Shown here piece by piece: positions 48,992 through 58,562 of a DNA stretch of 64,000 bases (position 1 is its first letter; each line of letters opens with the position of its first letter). A program made the translations under genes and the position numbers. The stretch is taken from the NCBI GenBank assembly GCA_041167045.1, contig JBEEGW010000001.1:6514-70513 (forward strand), written 5' to 3'. The stretch is from Verrucomicrobiota bacterium (GTDB lineage Bacteria; Verrucomicrobiota; Verrucomicrobiia; Chthoniobacterales; UBA10450). The notes below the pieces were generated by a model that worked only from the letters and a program-made list of their open reading frames with translations, had not been told where the DNA came from and made no database searches.

Positions 48992-49627
48992 TTATGGGCT
49001 CGCTGCTGGCGATGGCGCCGGCGAATTTCCGAAATTGAAATTCACGCTCGGCGCTTTTTCCGCGCCAGACTGCGATTGGAAGAAGGCGCGCGGTTTGAAT
49101 CCGAACATCTTGTTCAACATGTTCGTTGGAAAAGTTTCCAGCGCCGTATTCAAATCCTGCACTGCGGTGTTGTAATTGTTTCGTTCCACCGAAATCCGGT
49201 TTTCCGTTCCCTCCAATTGCGCCTGCAAATTCTGGAACGCTTCGGTTGCGCGCAGCTGCGGGTAATTTTCGCTGACCACCAAGAGGCGCGATAAAGCGCT
49301 GCTCAATTGTCCCTGCGCCGCTTGGAATTGTTGAAGCTGCGCCGCGTCCGTCGGCGCCTTGTTCGGATCGAGTTGCACGCGTCCCACGCTGGCGCGCGCA
49401 TTCGTCACTTCGGTCAAAGTCGACTTCTCAAAATTCGCCGCGCCTGATACCGTGTTTACGAGATTCGGAATCAAATCCGCGCGTCGCTGGTAGACGGATT
49501 GCACATCCGCCCATTTCTTGTTCGCATTTTGTTCCAGCGTCACCAGCCGGTTGTAACTGCCGCAGCCAGTGAATCCGAAGATGATTGCTAACCCCGCCAC
49601 GACGCTTCCAAGAGAAAACCTATTCAT
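48992..49627 (-). CDS. lemA: LemA family lipoprotein
   Basis: Lipobox GFTGCGS plus a LemA core. The start is called at the MNRFSLG ATG at 49627. Confidence 0.8.
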   Translation of the reverse strand: MNRFSLGSVVAGLAIIFGFTGCGSYNRLVTLEQNANKKWADVQSVYQRRADLIPNLVNTVSGAANFEKSTLTEVTNARASVGRVQLDPNKAPTDAAQLQQFQAAQGQLSSALSRLLVVSENYPQLRATEAFQNLQAQLEGTENRISVERNNYNTAVQDLNTALETFPTNMLNKMFGFKPRAFFQSQSGAEKAPSVNFNFGNSPAPSPAASP

Positions 49628-49678
49628 AAGCAAGATCGACAAGTAACGCGCGCATCGTTTCCGAATCAAACGGGCAAG

Positions 49679-50305
49679 TCAACTCGCGACCGGTGTGGAG
49701 TGGGACGTTTCGGCCGCGGTTGGCGCCGGGCGCGCGGTTGGCAGATAGCGCCTTCGTAATTCATCCGCGTTTGGCAGCTCATCGAGATTGCGCAAGCCGA
49801 AGTGCTCCAGGAAAAATTGCGTGGTCTCGTAAAGCAGCGGACGGCCCGGCACTTCGGCGCGGCCGGTGATTTTGACGAGACCGCGCTCGAGCAAAGTTTG
49901 CAGGACGCCGTCGATGGCCACGCCGCGCACGGCTTCAATGTCGGCGCGCGTGATGGGCTGGCGATAGGCGATGATGGCGAGCGTTTCGAGCGCGGGCGGC
50001 GTGAGGCGTGGCGGTTTCGGCAACGGAAATAACTGCCGGACCCATTGTGCGTACTGCGGATCGGTGCCGAGCTGCCAGCCTTCGGCTTTTTCTACGATTT
50101 GGAAAGCGCGGCCTTGTTCGACATTCTCGATCTTGAGCTGCTCGAGCGCAGCGGCAACTTCCGGCTCGCGCACTTTTGCGAACTCGTTAGGCGAAAATGA
50201 ATCTTCCGCGCCGGCGCCGCGCAAAAGATCGACAATTTCTTTCGTGGCGAGCGGTTTTTGCGCGCTGAAAAGAAGCGCTTCGATCACGCGGGCGAGTGTT
50301 TTCAA
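49679..50305 (-). CDS. scpB: segregation and condensation protein B
   Basis: Tandem winged-helix ScpB pattern (VIEALLFSAQKPL...). Confidence 0.85.
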   Translation of the reverse strand: MKTLARVIEALLFSAQKPLATKEIVDLLRGAGAEDSFSPNEFAKVREPEVAAALEQLKIENVEQGRAFQIVEKAEGWQLGTDPQYAQWVRQLFPLPKPPRLTPPALETLAIIAYRQPITRADIEAVRGVAIDGVLQTLLERGLVKITGRAEVPGRPLLYETTQFFLEHFGLRNLDELPNADELRRRYLPTARPAPTAAETSHSTPVAS

Positions 50306-51702
50306 TTTGCTCCGATCGCGGTTTGGATCGCGTCGGCGATCCGATTTGCCTGTATGTCGATCTTGTCCCGCTCGCGGCCTTCAATCAACAGACGAATCTT
50401 CGGTTCGGTGCCGGAATAGCGCAAAAGCACGCGGCCTTTGCCGGCGAGTTCGCGCTCCACTTCGTCGCGCAATTTCACGACTTCGCGCAAGTCTTCGATT
50501 GGCGGTTTCGATTTCACTTTTAGGTTGCGTTGGGCTTGCGGATATTTTTTCAGGCAACCTTTCAATTCGCTGAGCGGCTGGCCTGTCGATTTCATGATCC
50601 GCAAAATTTGCAGCGCGCTGATGATGCCGTCGCCCGTGGTAGTGAAATCGCGAAAGATCATATGGCCGCTTTGTTCGCCGCCAAGATTGAGATTTCGCCC
50701 GACCATTTCTTCGATCACATAACGATCGCCCACTTTTGTGCGAATGACTTTGCCGCCGGCGCTCGCGAGCGTTTCATCCAAACCAAAATTGCTCATGACC
50801 GTCGCGACGAGCGTGTTTTCGCGCAGCCGTTCCGCGCGCAAAAGATCGACAGCCGCGATGGCGAGGATTTCGTCACCATCAACAATCTCGCCTTTTTCAT
50901 CGCAAAGCAGAACACGATCGGCATCGCCGTCGTGAGTGATGCCGATCTGCGCCTTGTTCTCTTTCACCAGCCGCTGGATTTCCGCCGGAAACATGCTGCC
51001 GCATTCCGCGTTGATGTTCGTTCCGTTCGGCGTGTTGTGCGCGACGAAGACGTCGGCGCCGAGTTCGCGCAAAATACACGGCGTCGATTTGTAAGCCGCA
51101 CCGTTCGCGACATCGACCGCGACGCGCATTTTTTCCAGCGACATCGAGCGCGGGAAACTGGTTTTGGCAAACTCGACATAACGGCCGAGCGCATCATCGA
51201 TGCGCCGGGCGCGCCCGATTTTTCCGGCGGTGGGACGAATGGAATCAATCTCGCCGGTGAAAACGAGCTGCTCGATCTCCTGTTCGATCTGGTCGTCGAG
51301 TTTGTAACCGTCGTGCCGAAAAAATTTGATGCCGTTATCCTCATAAGGATTATGCGACGCGGAGAGGACGATGCCGGCATCAGCGCGCAGCGATCGCGTG
51401 ATGTAAGCGACGCCCGGCGTGGGCAACGGACCAATGAGCAGAACATCGACGCCGAGCGAAGTGATGCCGGCGACGAGCGCGTTTTCGAGCATGTAACCGG
51501 AAAGCCGCGTGTCTTTGCCGAGAACAATTTTCGGACGCGCTCCAGCCGGAAGTGTGCGCGGATTGCGTTTCGTAAAAATGTGCGCGGCGGCTCGGCCGAG
51601 CTTGAGCGCGGTCTCAGCGGTGACGGGCTCGACATTGGCGATTCCGCGCACGCCGTCGGTGCCGAAGATTTTTTTCTCGGGCGATGTCGATCTTGTGGTC
51701 AT
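50302..51702 (-). CDS. glmM: phosphoglucosamine mutase
   Basis: FGTDGVRG, the active-site SASHNPYEDNG and C-terminal domains. The start is called at the ATG at 51702 (MTTRSTSPEKKIFGTDGVRG); the ORF-track extension to 51780 is not supported. Confidence 0.9.
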   Translation of the reverse strand: MTTRSTSPEKKIFGTDGVRGIANVEPVTAETALKLGRAAAHIFTKRNPRTLPAGARPKIVLGKDTRLSGYMLENALVAGITSLGVDVLLIGPLPTPGVAYITRSLRADAGIVLSASHNPYEDNGIKFFRHDGYKLDDQIEQEIEQLVFTGEIDSIRPTAGKIGRARRIDDALGRYVEFAKTSFPRSMSLEKMRVAVDVANGAAYKSTPCILRELGADVFVAHNTPNGTNINAECGSMFPAEIQRLVKENKAQIGITHDGDADRVLLCDEKGEIVDGDEILAIAAVDLLRAERLRENTLVATVMSNFGLDETLASAGGKVIRTKVGDRYVIEEMVGRNLNLGGEQSGHMIFRDFTTTGDGIISALQILRIMKSTGQPLSELKGCLKKYPQAQRNLKVKSKPPIEDLREVVKLRDEVERELAGKGRVLLRYSGTEPKIRLLIEGRERDKIDIQANRIADAIQTAIGAN

Positions 51703-51711
51703 GTCGATCTT
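51685..51711 (-). repeat. two direct copies of TGTCGATCTT, 17 nt apart, at the glmM start
   Basis: Exact 10-mers at 51685..51694 and 51702..51711. The glmM ATG (complement of 51700..51702) is formed by the motif's 3' flank (AAGATCGACATG). Confidence 0.9.
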
Positions 51712-51715
51712 AGTT

Positions 51716-53461
51716 TCACGGCGCACTTTCCTTAGGCGCAGACTTCGTCCGATCGTAATCAGCGAAAAATATGCATTCATTTTGCAGACCGAGCAGCGTC
51801 GCCCATTTCAGCGAAAACTTTTGTAAATCAGCGCGCAAAATCACGGCTGCCCAATCTTTATATTCGCCTTTCAGAATGTCGTTCAATTTATTCTCACTGC
51901 CGCTGATCGGCGTGAGGTAAAGCCCGTTCACCGGCGCGCCGAATGTGCCGTAGTCGTTGAAATCAGTAAAGGCGCGCTGCGTTTCCGGAAGCCAAATGCT
52001 GCGGCGGTCGGCATACCAGGCGACGGCCCATGGCATGTCCGAGGCGATGATTTCTTCGGGCTTCATCCAATCGTTGATGACTGAAATGTAAGGCGGCACG
52101 TAAGGCGGCCAGCGAATGCTCGGCTTGAAAGCGGCGAGCGCGGGGAAGGAAAGAATCATGGGCAAAGCGCAAAGGAGAAAGAGCGACGTTTGAAAACCGA
52201 TGCGCGCGATGCGCATGGTAATCTCGAGCCGATTCCAAAGCACGAGCAGGAATGCCAGGCCGTAGCAAGTCATGAGTGGAATAAAAATGAGATGCAATTG
52301 GTTCGCGGCCACGCCTTGTTCCTCGTTAATTCCGTAAGTGGCCATTCCAAAAAACGCGCCCACCCACATCGCCAGAATCATCCAGCGAATCGCGCCGGTA
52401 TCGGGACGCTTGAAAGCGTGCAGAAGACTCGCGAAAAAAAACGGCGCGACCACGCTCCATCCCAAATACTGGAAGAACCGATTCATCTGTCCGATTAGAT
52501 TTGCAATGATTTTATTTTTAAATGCGGCCGGGTCCGCGCCAGCAAGATCGAGATTGGCGTGACGCATCCAGGCGCCTTCGGTTTGATGAACGCCGTCGAG
52601 CACGGAATAAATCGCGGCTCCCCCTGGATGGCCGCAGACCAGATAATTTCGTGCGAGCCACGGCGCATAAACAATTGCGAATGCAGCGAGGACGATCAGC
52701 GCGCTCCATCCGCGCGGCCGGAAAAAGAGAACGCACAAGAGCAGCGCACCGGCGAACATCCAGATGGTGAGCGCGTGTGTAAGCGCGAGCAATCCAAAGC
52801 CGATTCCGATCGCTGCGAGCCAGAAGCGCGATTGCGTGCCGGCGATCTGCGTCTGCGCTGCGCGCACCGTGCAGTAAATTGTTGCGTTGAAAATCAGCAG
52901 CAAAAGCATCTGCGGCAAACCGGAGAGCGAGTATTGCCACATGGTGTCGCACAGCAGAATGAGCCCGCAGGCCAGCAGCGCGATGCGTTCATCAAAAAGC
53001 CGGCGCGCCGTAAAAAAAAGCACGACGTTTGAGAGCAGGAACAACAAGATCGACATAGCAGCGATCGCTTTGTCGCCCACATAAACCGAATCACGCACCG
53101 TCATCTTCCAATGCGCCTTGAATGGACGCAGCGCGATCGCGTCCACCAATGGCGGCAATGGCGCGTTGTAAGTGTCGATCCAAATTTTTTGAGGCACATT
53201 TTTTCCGTGGCTCTGCAATTGCGCGACGGCGCGCGGCCGAATGAAATTCGTGCGCCAACCGTGGCCGCGCGCGATTTCTCGGCCGATTTGCGCCTGGTCC
53301 ATCGCTTGCGACGTAGCCAGCCCGCGGAATTCGTGCATCAAATAAAAGAGCGCGAGTCCGGCGATCGCGACCACGACGAGCGCGCGCTTTACCCAAATGG
53401 CGAGGCCGCCGGCTTCGAGCGCATGCACGGCGCGCTGAACGAACTCAGCGCTACCGGGCAT
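51716..53461 (-). CDS. hypothetical polytopic membrane protein
   Basis: 581 aa with more than 10 predicted TM helices and a periplasmic C-terminal domain. Overlaps the 3' end of the downstream regulator gene by 11 nt. Confidence 0.4.
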   Translation of the reverse strand: MPGSAEFVQRAVHALEAGGLAIWVKRALVVVAIAGLALFYLMHEFRGLATSQAMDQAQIGREIARGHGWRTNFIRPRAVAQLQSHGKNVPQKIWIDTYNAPLPPLVDAIALRPFKAHWKMTVRDSVYVGDKAIAAMSILLFLLSNVVLFFTARRLFDERIALLACGLILLCDTMWQYSLSGLPQMLLLLIFNATIYCTVRAAQTQIAGTQSRFWLAAIGIGFGLLALTHALTIWMFAGALLLCVLFFRPRGWSALIVLAAFAIVYAPWLARNYLVCGHPGGAAIYSVLDGVHQTEGAWMRHANLDLAGADPAAFKNKIIANLIGQMNRFFQYLGWSVVAPFFFASLLHAFKRPDTGAIRWMILAMWVGAFFGMATYGINEEQGVAANQLHLIFIPLMTCYGLAFLLVLWNRLEITMRIARIGFQTSLFLLCALPMILSFPALAAFKPSIRWPPYVPPYISVINDWMKPEEIIASDMPWAVAWYADRRSIWLPETQRAFTDFNDYGTFGAPVNGLYLTPISGSENKLNDILKGEYKDWAAVILRADLQKFSLKWATLLGLQNECIFFADYDRTKSAPKESAP

Positions 53462-54884
53462 TTTTCGAATCCGCGGGCGACTTGTCGATCTTGTCGGAAT
53501 TGGTCGCGTTCATTTCATTAATTTTGCGGTGCAAAGTCCGCCGGCTGATGCCGAGTTTCTTTGCCGCTGCCGTAATGTTTCCACTCGTCGTCGCGAGCGC
53601 CTGCATAATCAACTTTCTCTCCGTCGCGTGCAGATCGAGCGGACTCGTTTTTTCGGCAAATGCTTTCGCCGGTGTGATACCGGCGGGCAAAGAGACAGCC
53701 GTCGCTTCTCGTAAAGTCATGGGCAAATCACGCAGGGTAATTTTCGCGCCGGTCGCCATGACGACTCCATGCTCGATCGCGGTGCGCAGCTCGCGCACGT
53801 TCCCGGGCCAATTGTAAGTGAGCAGGATATTCATCGCGTCCGCGTCCAACTCACGCACCGGCTTTTCGTTCGTCTTGGCGAAATGACGCAGAAATTCGCG
53901 TACCAGCAGCGGAATGTCTTCCTTGCGATCGCGCAGCGGCGGCATCGTGATATGCACGACGTTCAAGCGAAAATAAAGATCGTCGCGAAACTTTTCTTCC
54001 TTCACCAACTTCTCGAGATCCTTGTTCGTCGCGGCAATCAAACGCACGTCGGCGCGCAGGGTTTGATTGCCGCCCACGCGTTCGAATGCGCGTTCTTCGC
54101 TGATCACGCGGAGTAATTTAATCTGTGTGCTCGGATCGATCTCGCCGATCTCATCGAGAAAAATGGTGCCGCCGTTTGCTTGCTCGAAGCGGCCGACGCG
54201 CCGTTCGTGCGCGCCGGTGAAGGCGCCGCGCTCGTGCCCGAACAATTCGCTCTCGAGCAACGTCGGCGAAAGCGCCGCGCAATGCACCGTCACAAACTTC
54301 GCTTTGTTGCGCCGGCTTAAATTATGAATGGCATGCGCGGCCAGTTCCTTGCCCGTGCCAGTTTCGCCTTCGATCAAAACGTTGGCGGAGGACGGAGCGA
54401 CTTGCCGGATCGTGTCGAGCACTTCGTGCAGGGCGGGCGATGCGCCGATGATATTTTCGAGGCCGTAACGCTCGTCCACTTGCTGGCGCAGCGTGCGGTT
54501 CTCCTGTTCCACGCGGCGAGTTTGCAGCGCACGCGCGATCAACATCTCGACCTTGTCGAGATTGAGCGGCTTGGTTACAAAATCGTACGCGCCGCGCTTC
54601 ATCGCTTCGACCGCGGTGTCGACCGAGCCGTACGCCGTCATCATGATGACAATCGGCGGATGCGGAATGTTCAGTGTGCGCTCGATCAATGTCATTCCGT
54701 CGTCGCCGGCCAGTCGCAGATCGGTCAGCACAAGGTCGATTGGCTCGCGCTCGAGTACGTCCATTGCGCCGCGAATGTCTTCGGCCACATAGGTATCGTA
54801 ATCATTCTCGAGTAAACGCCGCAGCCCGTCGCGCGTGTGCTTTTCGTCATCGACGATGAGGATGGTAGGCTGGAGCGAGTCCAT
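53451..54884 (-). CDS. sigma-54-dependent Fis-family response regulator (REC + AAA+ + HTH)
   Basis: Receiver domain (LIVDDE...D), GESGTGKEL, the GAFTGA motif and a C-terminal Fis-type HTH. Confidence 0.9.
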   Translation of the reverse strand: MDSLQPTILIVDDEKHTRDGLRRLLENDYDTYVAEDIRGAMDVLEREPIDLVLTDLRLAGDDGMTLIERTLNIPHPPIVIMMTAYGSVDTAVEAMKRGAYDFVTKPLNLDKVEMLIARALQTRRVEQENRTLRQQVDERYGLENIIGASPALHEVLDTIRQVAPSSANVLIEGETGTGKELAAHAIHNLSRRNKAKFVTVHCAALSPTLLESELFGHERGAFTGAHERRVGRFEQANGGTIFLDEIGEIDPSTQIKLLRVISEERAFERVGGNQTLRADVRLIAATNKDLEKLVKEEKFRDDLYFRLNVVHITMPPLRDRKEDIPLLVREFLRHFAKTNEKPVRELDADAMNILLTYNWPGNVRELRTAIEHGVVMATGAKITLRDLPMTLREATAVSLPAGITPAKAFAEKTSPLDLHATERKLIMQALATTSGNITAAAKKLGISRRTLHRKINEMNATNSDKIDKSPADSKNAR

Positions 54885-54957
54885 GTGGATTACTGAGCAA
54901 CTTTGACTCTATTGCCCAATCTCTCAAATCGCGAACTCGCCGCAGGCCCGCGAAAGT

Positions 54958-55437
54958 TTATGTCGATCTAAAAGCGGCGCGCGCCGCATCCAGACGTTTC
55001 GCTTCAACCCGTTCTACTTGCTCGATCGCGCGCTCTTCCAGTTTGCCCAAATCGATGTTTTGTAATCGCGAGGAAGTTTCGGAGGCTGCGCCCAGAGCGC
55101 GCCAGAGAAGTTGTTTCCCAGTGATGCCCAGCACGAGCGCTTCGAGCGCCTGCATCAATCCGATTTCGCCGATCTTTTCGCCGGCCACTTCAATTTTTGT
55201 GCGGCCCAATTTCTCGGCAATCCACGCGCCTGCTTTTCGCACCAGACTTTCTTTTACTTCAAATGTGCGCAGCACTTCGCGCAACACCTTTTGATCCGCC
55301 TCGATGTCGTCACGCAATTCCTTGAAAAAACTTGCGAGCGGCTTGCCCTGGTGAGTTTTGATTAAATGATCCAGCAGCTCCAGCGCCGCGACTGCGCCGG
55401 CCAGGTGATCGTTTAAATAGGAAGGCAGATTTTCCAT
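54958..55437 (-). CDS. hypothetical protein
   Basis: 159-aa helical ORF with no recognisable family. The stop codon is part of a motif copy. Confidence 0.3.
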   Translation of the reverse strand: MENLPSYLNDHLAGAVAALELLDHLIKTHQGKPLASFFKELRDDIEADQKVLREVLRTFEVKESLVRKAGAWIAEKLGRTKIEVAGEKIGEIGLMQALEALVLGITGKQLLWRALGAASETSSRLQNIDLGKLEERAIEQVERVEAKRLDAARAAFRST

Positions 55438-55539
55438 GCGGAAGAATATCGCTCACTCTCGTGCGGTGCCAAACTGAACGGCGCTTTTCATTTTTAACGG
55501 CGCCAGTTACAAACAGCGAAGCGTTAAGGTTTATTAGCT

Positions 55540-57591
55540 ATGAAAACTGCCGCTCCGCCAGTACTCAGCATTTATTTGTTCGTCGTTTCCGTAGCGCTCG
55601 CGGCAACTCCTTCTCCCACGCCGACGAAGCAACGAACTTTGAAGCCGGAAGATTTCACGGCATTACGCGACGTGGATGAGCCGAACATTTCGCCAGACGG
55701 GAACTTCGTCGCCTACATCGTGAAGACGCCGGACATGGAGAAAGACAAAATTCCCGGCAACCTCTGGCTGGCAAAATTCGATGGCTCGGAAAATCGAGCG
55801 CTCACTTTCGGCAACAAAGGGCAGTCGCACCCGCGCTGGAGCCCCGATGGGAAATGGATCGCGTTTCTTTCCGGTCGCGAAGATGAAAACGAAATCGATC
55901 AGCTCTGGATCATGTCGAGCAGCGGCGGCGAAGCGGAAAAGTTTACCGATCTGAAGGGAAACGTGGACGACCTCGCGTGGGCGCCCGATTCGAAACGCAT
56001 CGTGCTCGTCGTGCACGATCCCGATCCGCGTGAGCCGGAGAAGAAAGAAAAGGAAAAGAAAACAGTGCCCCCGCTTGTGATCGATCGCTTCTTTTTCAAA
56101 AAAGATATCGACGGCTATCTGACCGATCGCTGGTCGCACCTGCAATTACTCGATCTCGCCACGCGCAAGATCGATATACTGACTTCGGGCAGGCACGACG
56201 AATTTTTGCCGGCATGGTCGCCGGACGGAAACGAGATCGCGTTTGTCACGAAGCGTGGCGACGAAGCTGATCGCACCGAAAATTGGGACGTTTGGGTGAT
56301 CGGTGCGCAAGCGGGCGCGAAAGAACGCCAGCTCACCACTTCGCCGGAAGCCGATGCGCATCCCGATTTGGAAAGCGCGCCGGCGTGGAGTCCCGATGGA
56401 AAATGGATCGCGTACATTCACGGCGGCGATCCGAAAAAGATCGAGTACGCCTTGCACGCGCTCGCCATCCTTCCAGCGGCGGGCGGCGAAGCCAAAGTGC
56501 TCACGCAAAATCTCGATCGCAACGTCGTGCAGCCACATTGGGCGCCCGATGGGAAATCGGTCTTCGCTGTTCTGGAAGATGACGGCGCGGAAAACCTTGT
56601 GCGCATCCCGCTCACGAACGGCGCACCGGAAACGGTTGTTGGGGGTCGTCGCGACGTCACCGCGTACGATGTGAGCAAGAATGGAAAGGTGATTGTGCGA
56701 TCAAGCACGCCGGATCGGCCGTTTGAAATTTTTGCGGCGGAAAAGAATGATCTCCGCTGTTTGTCGAAACAAAACGACGCGTTTTTTAGTCAGATCAAGC
56801 TCGGTCGCGTCGAAGAAACGAAATTCAAAAGCAAAGACGGCACCGAAGTTCACGGCTTCGTTATTCGACCTGTCGATCTTGTCGCCGGAGCGAAACCTTC
56901 GGCGCTGCTGCGTCCGCATGGCGGGCCGCAATCGCAATACGGCAACGCATTTGATTTCGAGAAGCAACTTTTCGCGGCGAACGGTTACGCCGTCATCATG
57001 CCGAACCCGCGCGGCTCGACCGGGCGCGGCGAAAAATTCGCGATGGGGATTTACGCGGACTGGGGACATGTCGATGTTGAAGACGACCTCGCCGCGGTCG
57101 ACGACGCGGTCGCGCGCGGCTTGGCCGATCCCGATCGGCTCGGAGTCGGCGGTTGGAGTTACGGCGGCATTTCCACGAATTACATCATCGCCAGCACCAC
57201 GCGCTTCAAAGCGGCTACGAGCGGCGCGTCGATTTCAAATGTCCTCGCCGGTTACGGGACCGATGAATATGTGCGCGATTACGAAGCCGAGCTTGGTTTG
57301 CCGTGGAAAAATGCCGAGGGGTGGATGCGGATCTCGTATCCATTTTTGCACGCCGACCGAATCAAGACGCCAACGCTTTTCCTTTGCGGCCAAAATGATT
57401 TCAACGTGCCGTTGCTCAACACCGAGCAAATGTATCAGGCATTGCGCAGTCTCGGCGTGCCGACCGAGCTGGTCATTTACCCCGGCCAATTTCACCGCTT
57501 AAAAAAGCCGAGCTACATCATCGACCGGTTCAAACGTTATCTCGATTGGTACGCGAAATGGATTTCTTCCACGAAAGACAATCCAAAATAG
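55540..57591 (+). CDS. S9 family serine peptidase (dipeptidyl aminopeptidase / acylaminoacyl peptidase type)
   Basis: Signal peptide, a beta-propeller, the nucleophile GGWSYGG and C-terminal Asp/His. Confidence 0.85.
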   Translation: MKTAAPPVLSIYLFVVSVALAATPSPTPTKQRTLKPEDFTALRDVDEPNISPDGNFVAYIVKTPDMEKDKIPGNLWLAKFDGSENRALTFGNKGQSHPRWSPDGKWIAFLSGREDENEIDQLWIMSSSGGEAEKFTDLKGNVDDLAWAPDSKRIVLVVHDPDPREPEKKEKEKKTVPPLVIDRFFFKKDIDGYLTDRWSHLQLLDLATRKIDILTSGRHDEFLPAWSPDGNEIAFVTKRGDEADRTENWDVWVIGAQAGAKERQLTTSPEADAHPDLESAPAWSPDGKWIAYIHGGDPKKIEYALHALAILPAAGGEAKVLTQNLDRNVVQPHWAPDGKSVFAVLEDDGAENLVRIPLTNGAPETVVGGRRDVTAYDVSKNGKVIVRSSTPDRPFEIFAAEKNDLRCLSKQNDAFFSQIKLGRVEETKFKSKDGTEVHGFVIRPVDLVAGAKPSALLRPHGGPQSQYGNAFDFEKQLFAANGYAVIMPNPRGSTGRGEKFAMGIYADWGHVDVEDDLAAVDDAVARGLADPDRLGVGGWSYGGISTNYIIASTTRFKAATSGASISNVLAGYGTDEYVRDYEAELGLPWKNAEGWMRISYPFLHADRIKTPTLFLCGQNDFNVPLLNTEQMYQALRSLGVPTELVIYPGQFHRLKKPSYIIDRFKRYLDWYAKWISSTKDNPK

Positions 57592-57658
57592 CCAGACCGA
57601 CTGTATTTTTTCGTAGGTTAAAGCAAGGCCGCGGGAGCTTCGGCGTTCGAACCACTTA

Positions 57659-58484
57659 TGTGGTTAAAGGGATAGCATGGCTGATTGTGGCGGCGCTTTT
57701 CAGCGCGGCGATTGCACACGCGGACGAACAGGTCCGCGAGGTGCAGGAACAACTGCGCAAGCGCCACCTCTTCTATCATGACATCGATGGCCGCTACACG
57801 GCTGATCTGGCCAATGCGCTCAAGCGTTATCAAGAGCACAAGGGTTTCGCCGCCACCGGCATCACGGATGATGAAACATTGAAGTCCCTCGGAATCGCCG
57901 GACCCGCGCCGCCCGCCGAGCTGCCGGACGAGCCTGTCTTGAAAAGCGACCTCGGGCTTCCCGGACCCACTCCAGTTTTCAACCTACCGATGATTCCGGT
58001 ATCTTTTACTTCGCCGCCGAAAAGCGCGGCTCCCACGCGGCAGCAAGTGGCTGATTTTGTTCGTCACTATTTTGATGCTTGCCAGGCCCCGAACTTCGAC
58101 GAGCTCGGATTTTATGCCGAGCGTGTCGATTATTTCGATCACGGTCCGGTCGATAAAAATTATATTAAGAACGAGCTCGCGGCCTATTACCAACATTGGC
58201 CGCAGCGAAAATATTTGCTCGGTAGTCGCATGCGGGTGGAAAAGCGCGGCGAAAAAATCGTGGCCCGCTTTCGCGTGGGATACAACGTGCTAAACCCGGC
58301 GCGCAATCGCAAAGCTGCCGGCAAAACGGACGACACGCTGGTGATGTCGCGTGGGCCCGATTCCGATTGGAAAATAGTGTCGATCCAGGAAGCGCGCATT
58401 CGCACCGGGCACCGTTATCGTTCAAACCCATTCACGGTCGCGGCGCATCGCGTGCACGGATTCGTGCGCAATCTTCTGCCGTAA
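57659..58484 (+). CDS. secreted protein with putative peptidoglycan-binding-like domain
   Basis: Signal peptide (GTG start inferred). A PG_binding_1-like segment (DIDGRYTADLANALKRYQEHKGFAATGITDDETL). The C-terminal domain is unknown. Confidence 0.45.
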
Positions 58485-58562
58485 GATCGACATCTTCTTT
58501 CGCCTGATCACCGCGCGAAAATGATTGCAAGGCGCACCACGACGCCGATCCTTGTCACTCCC

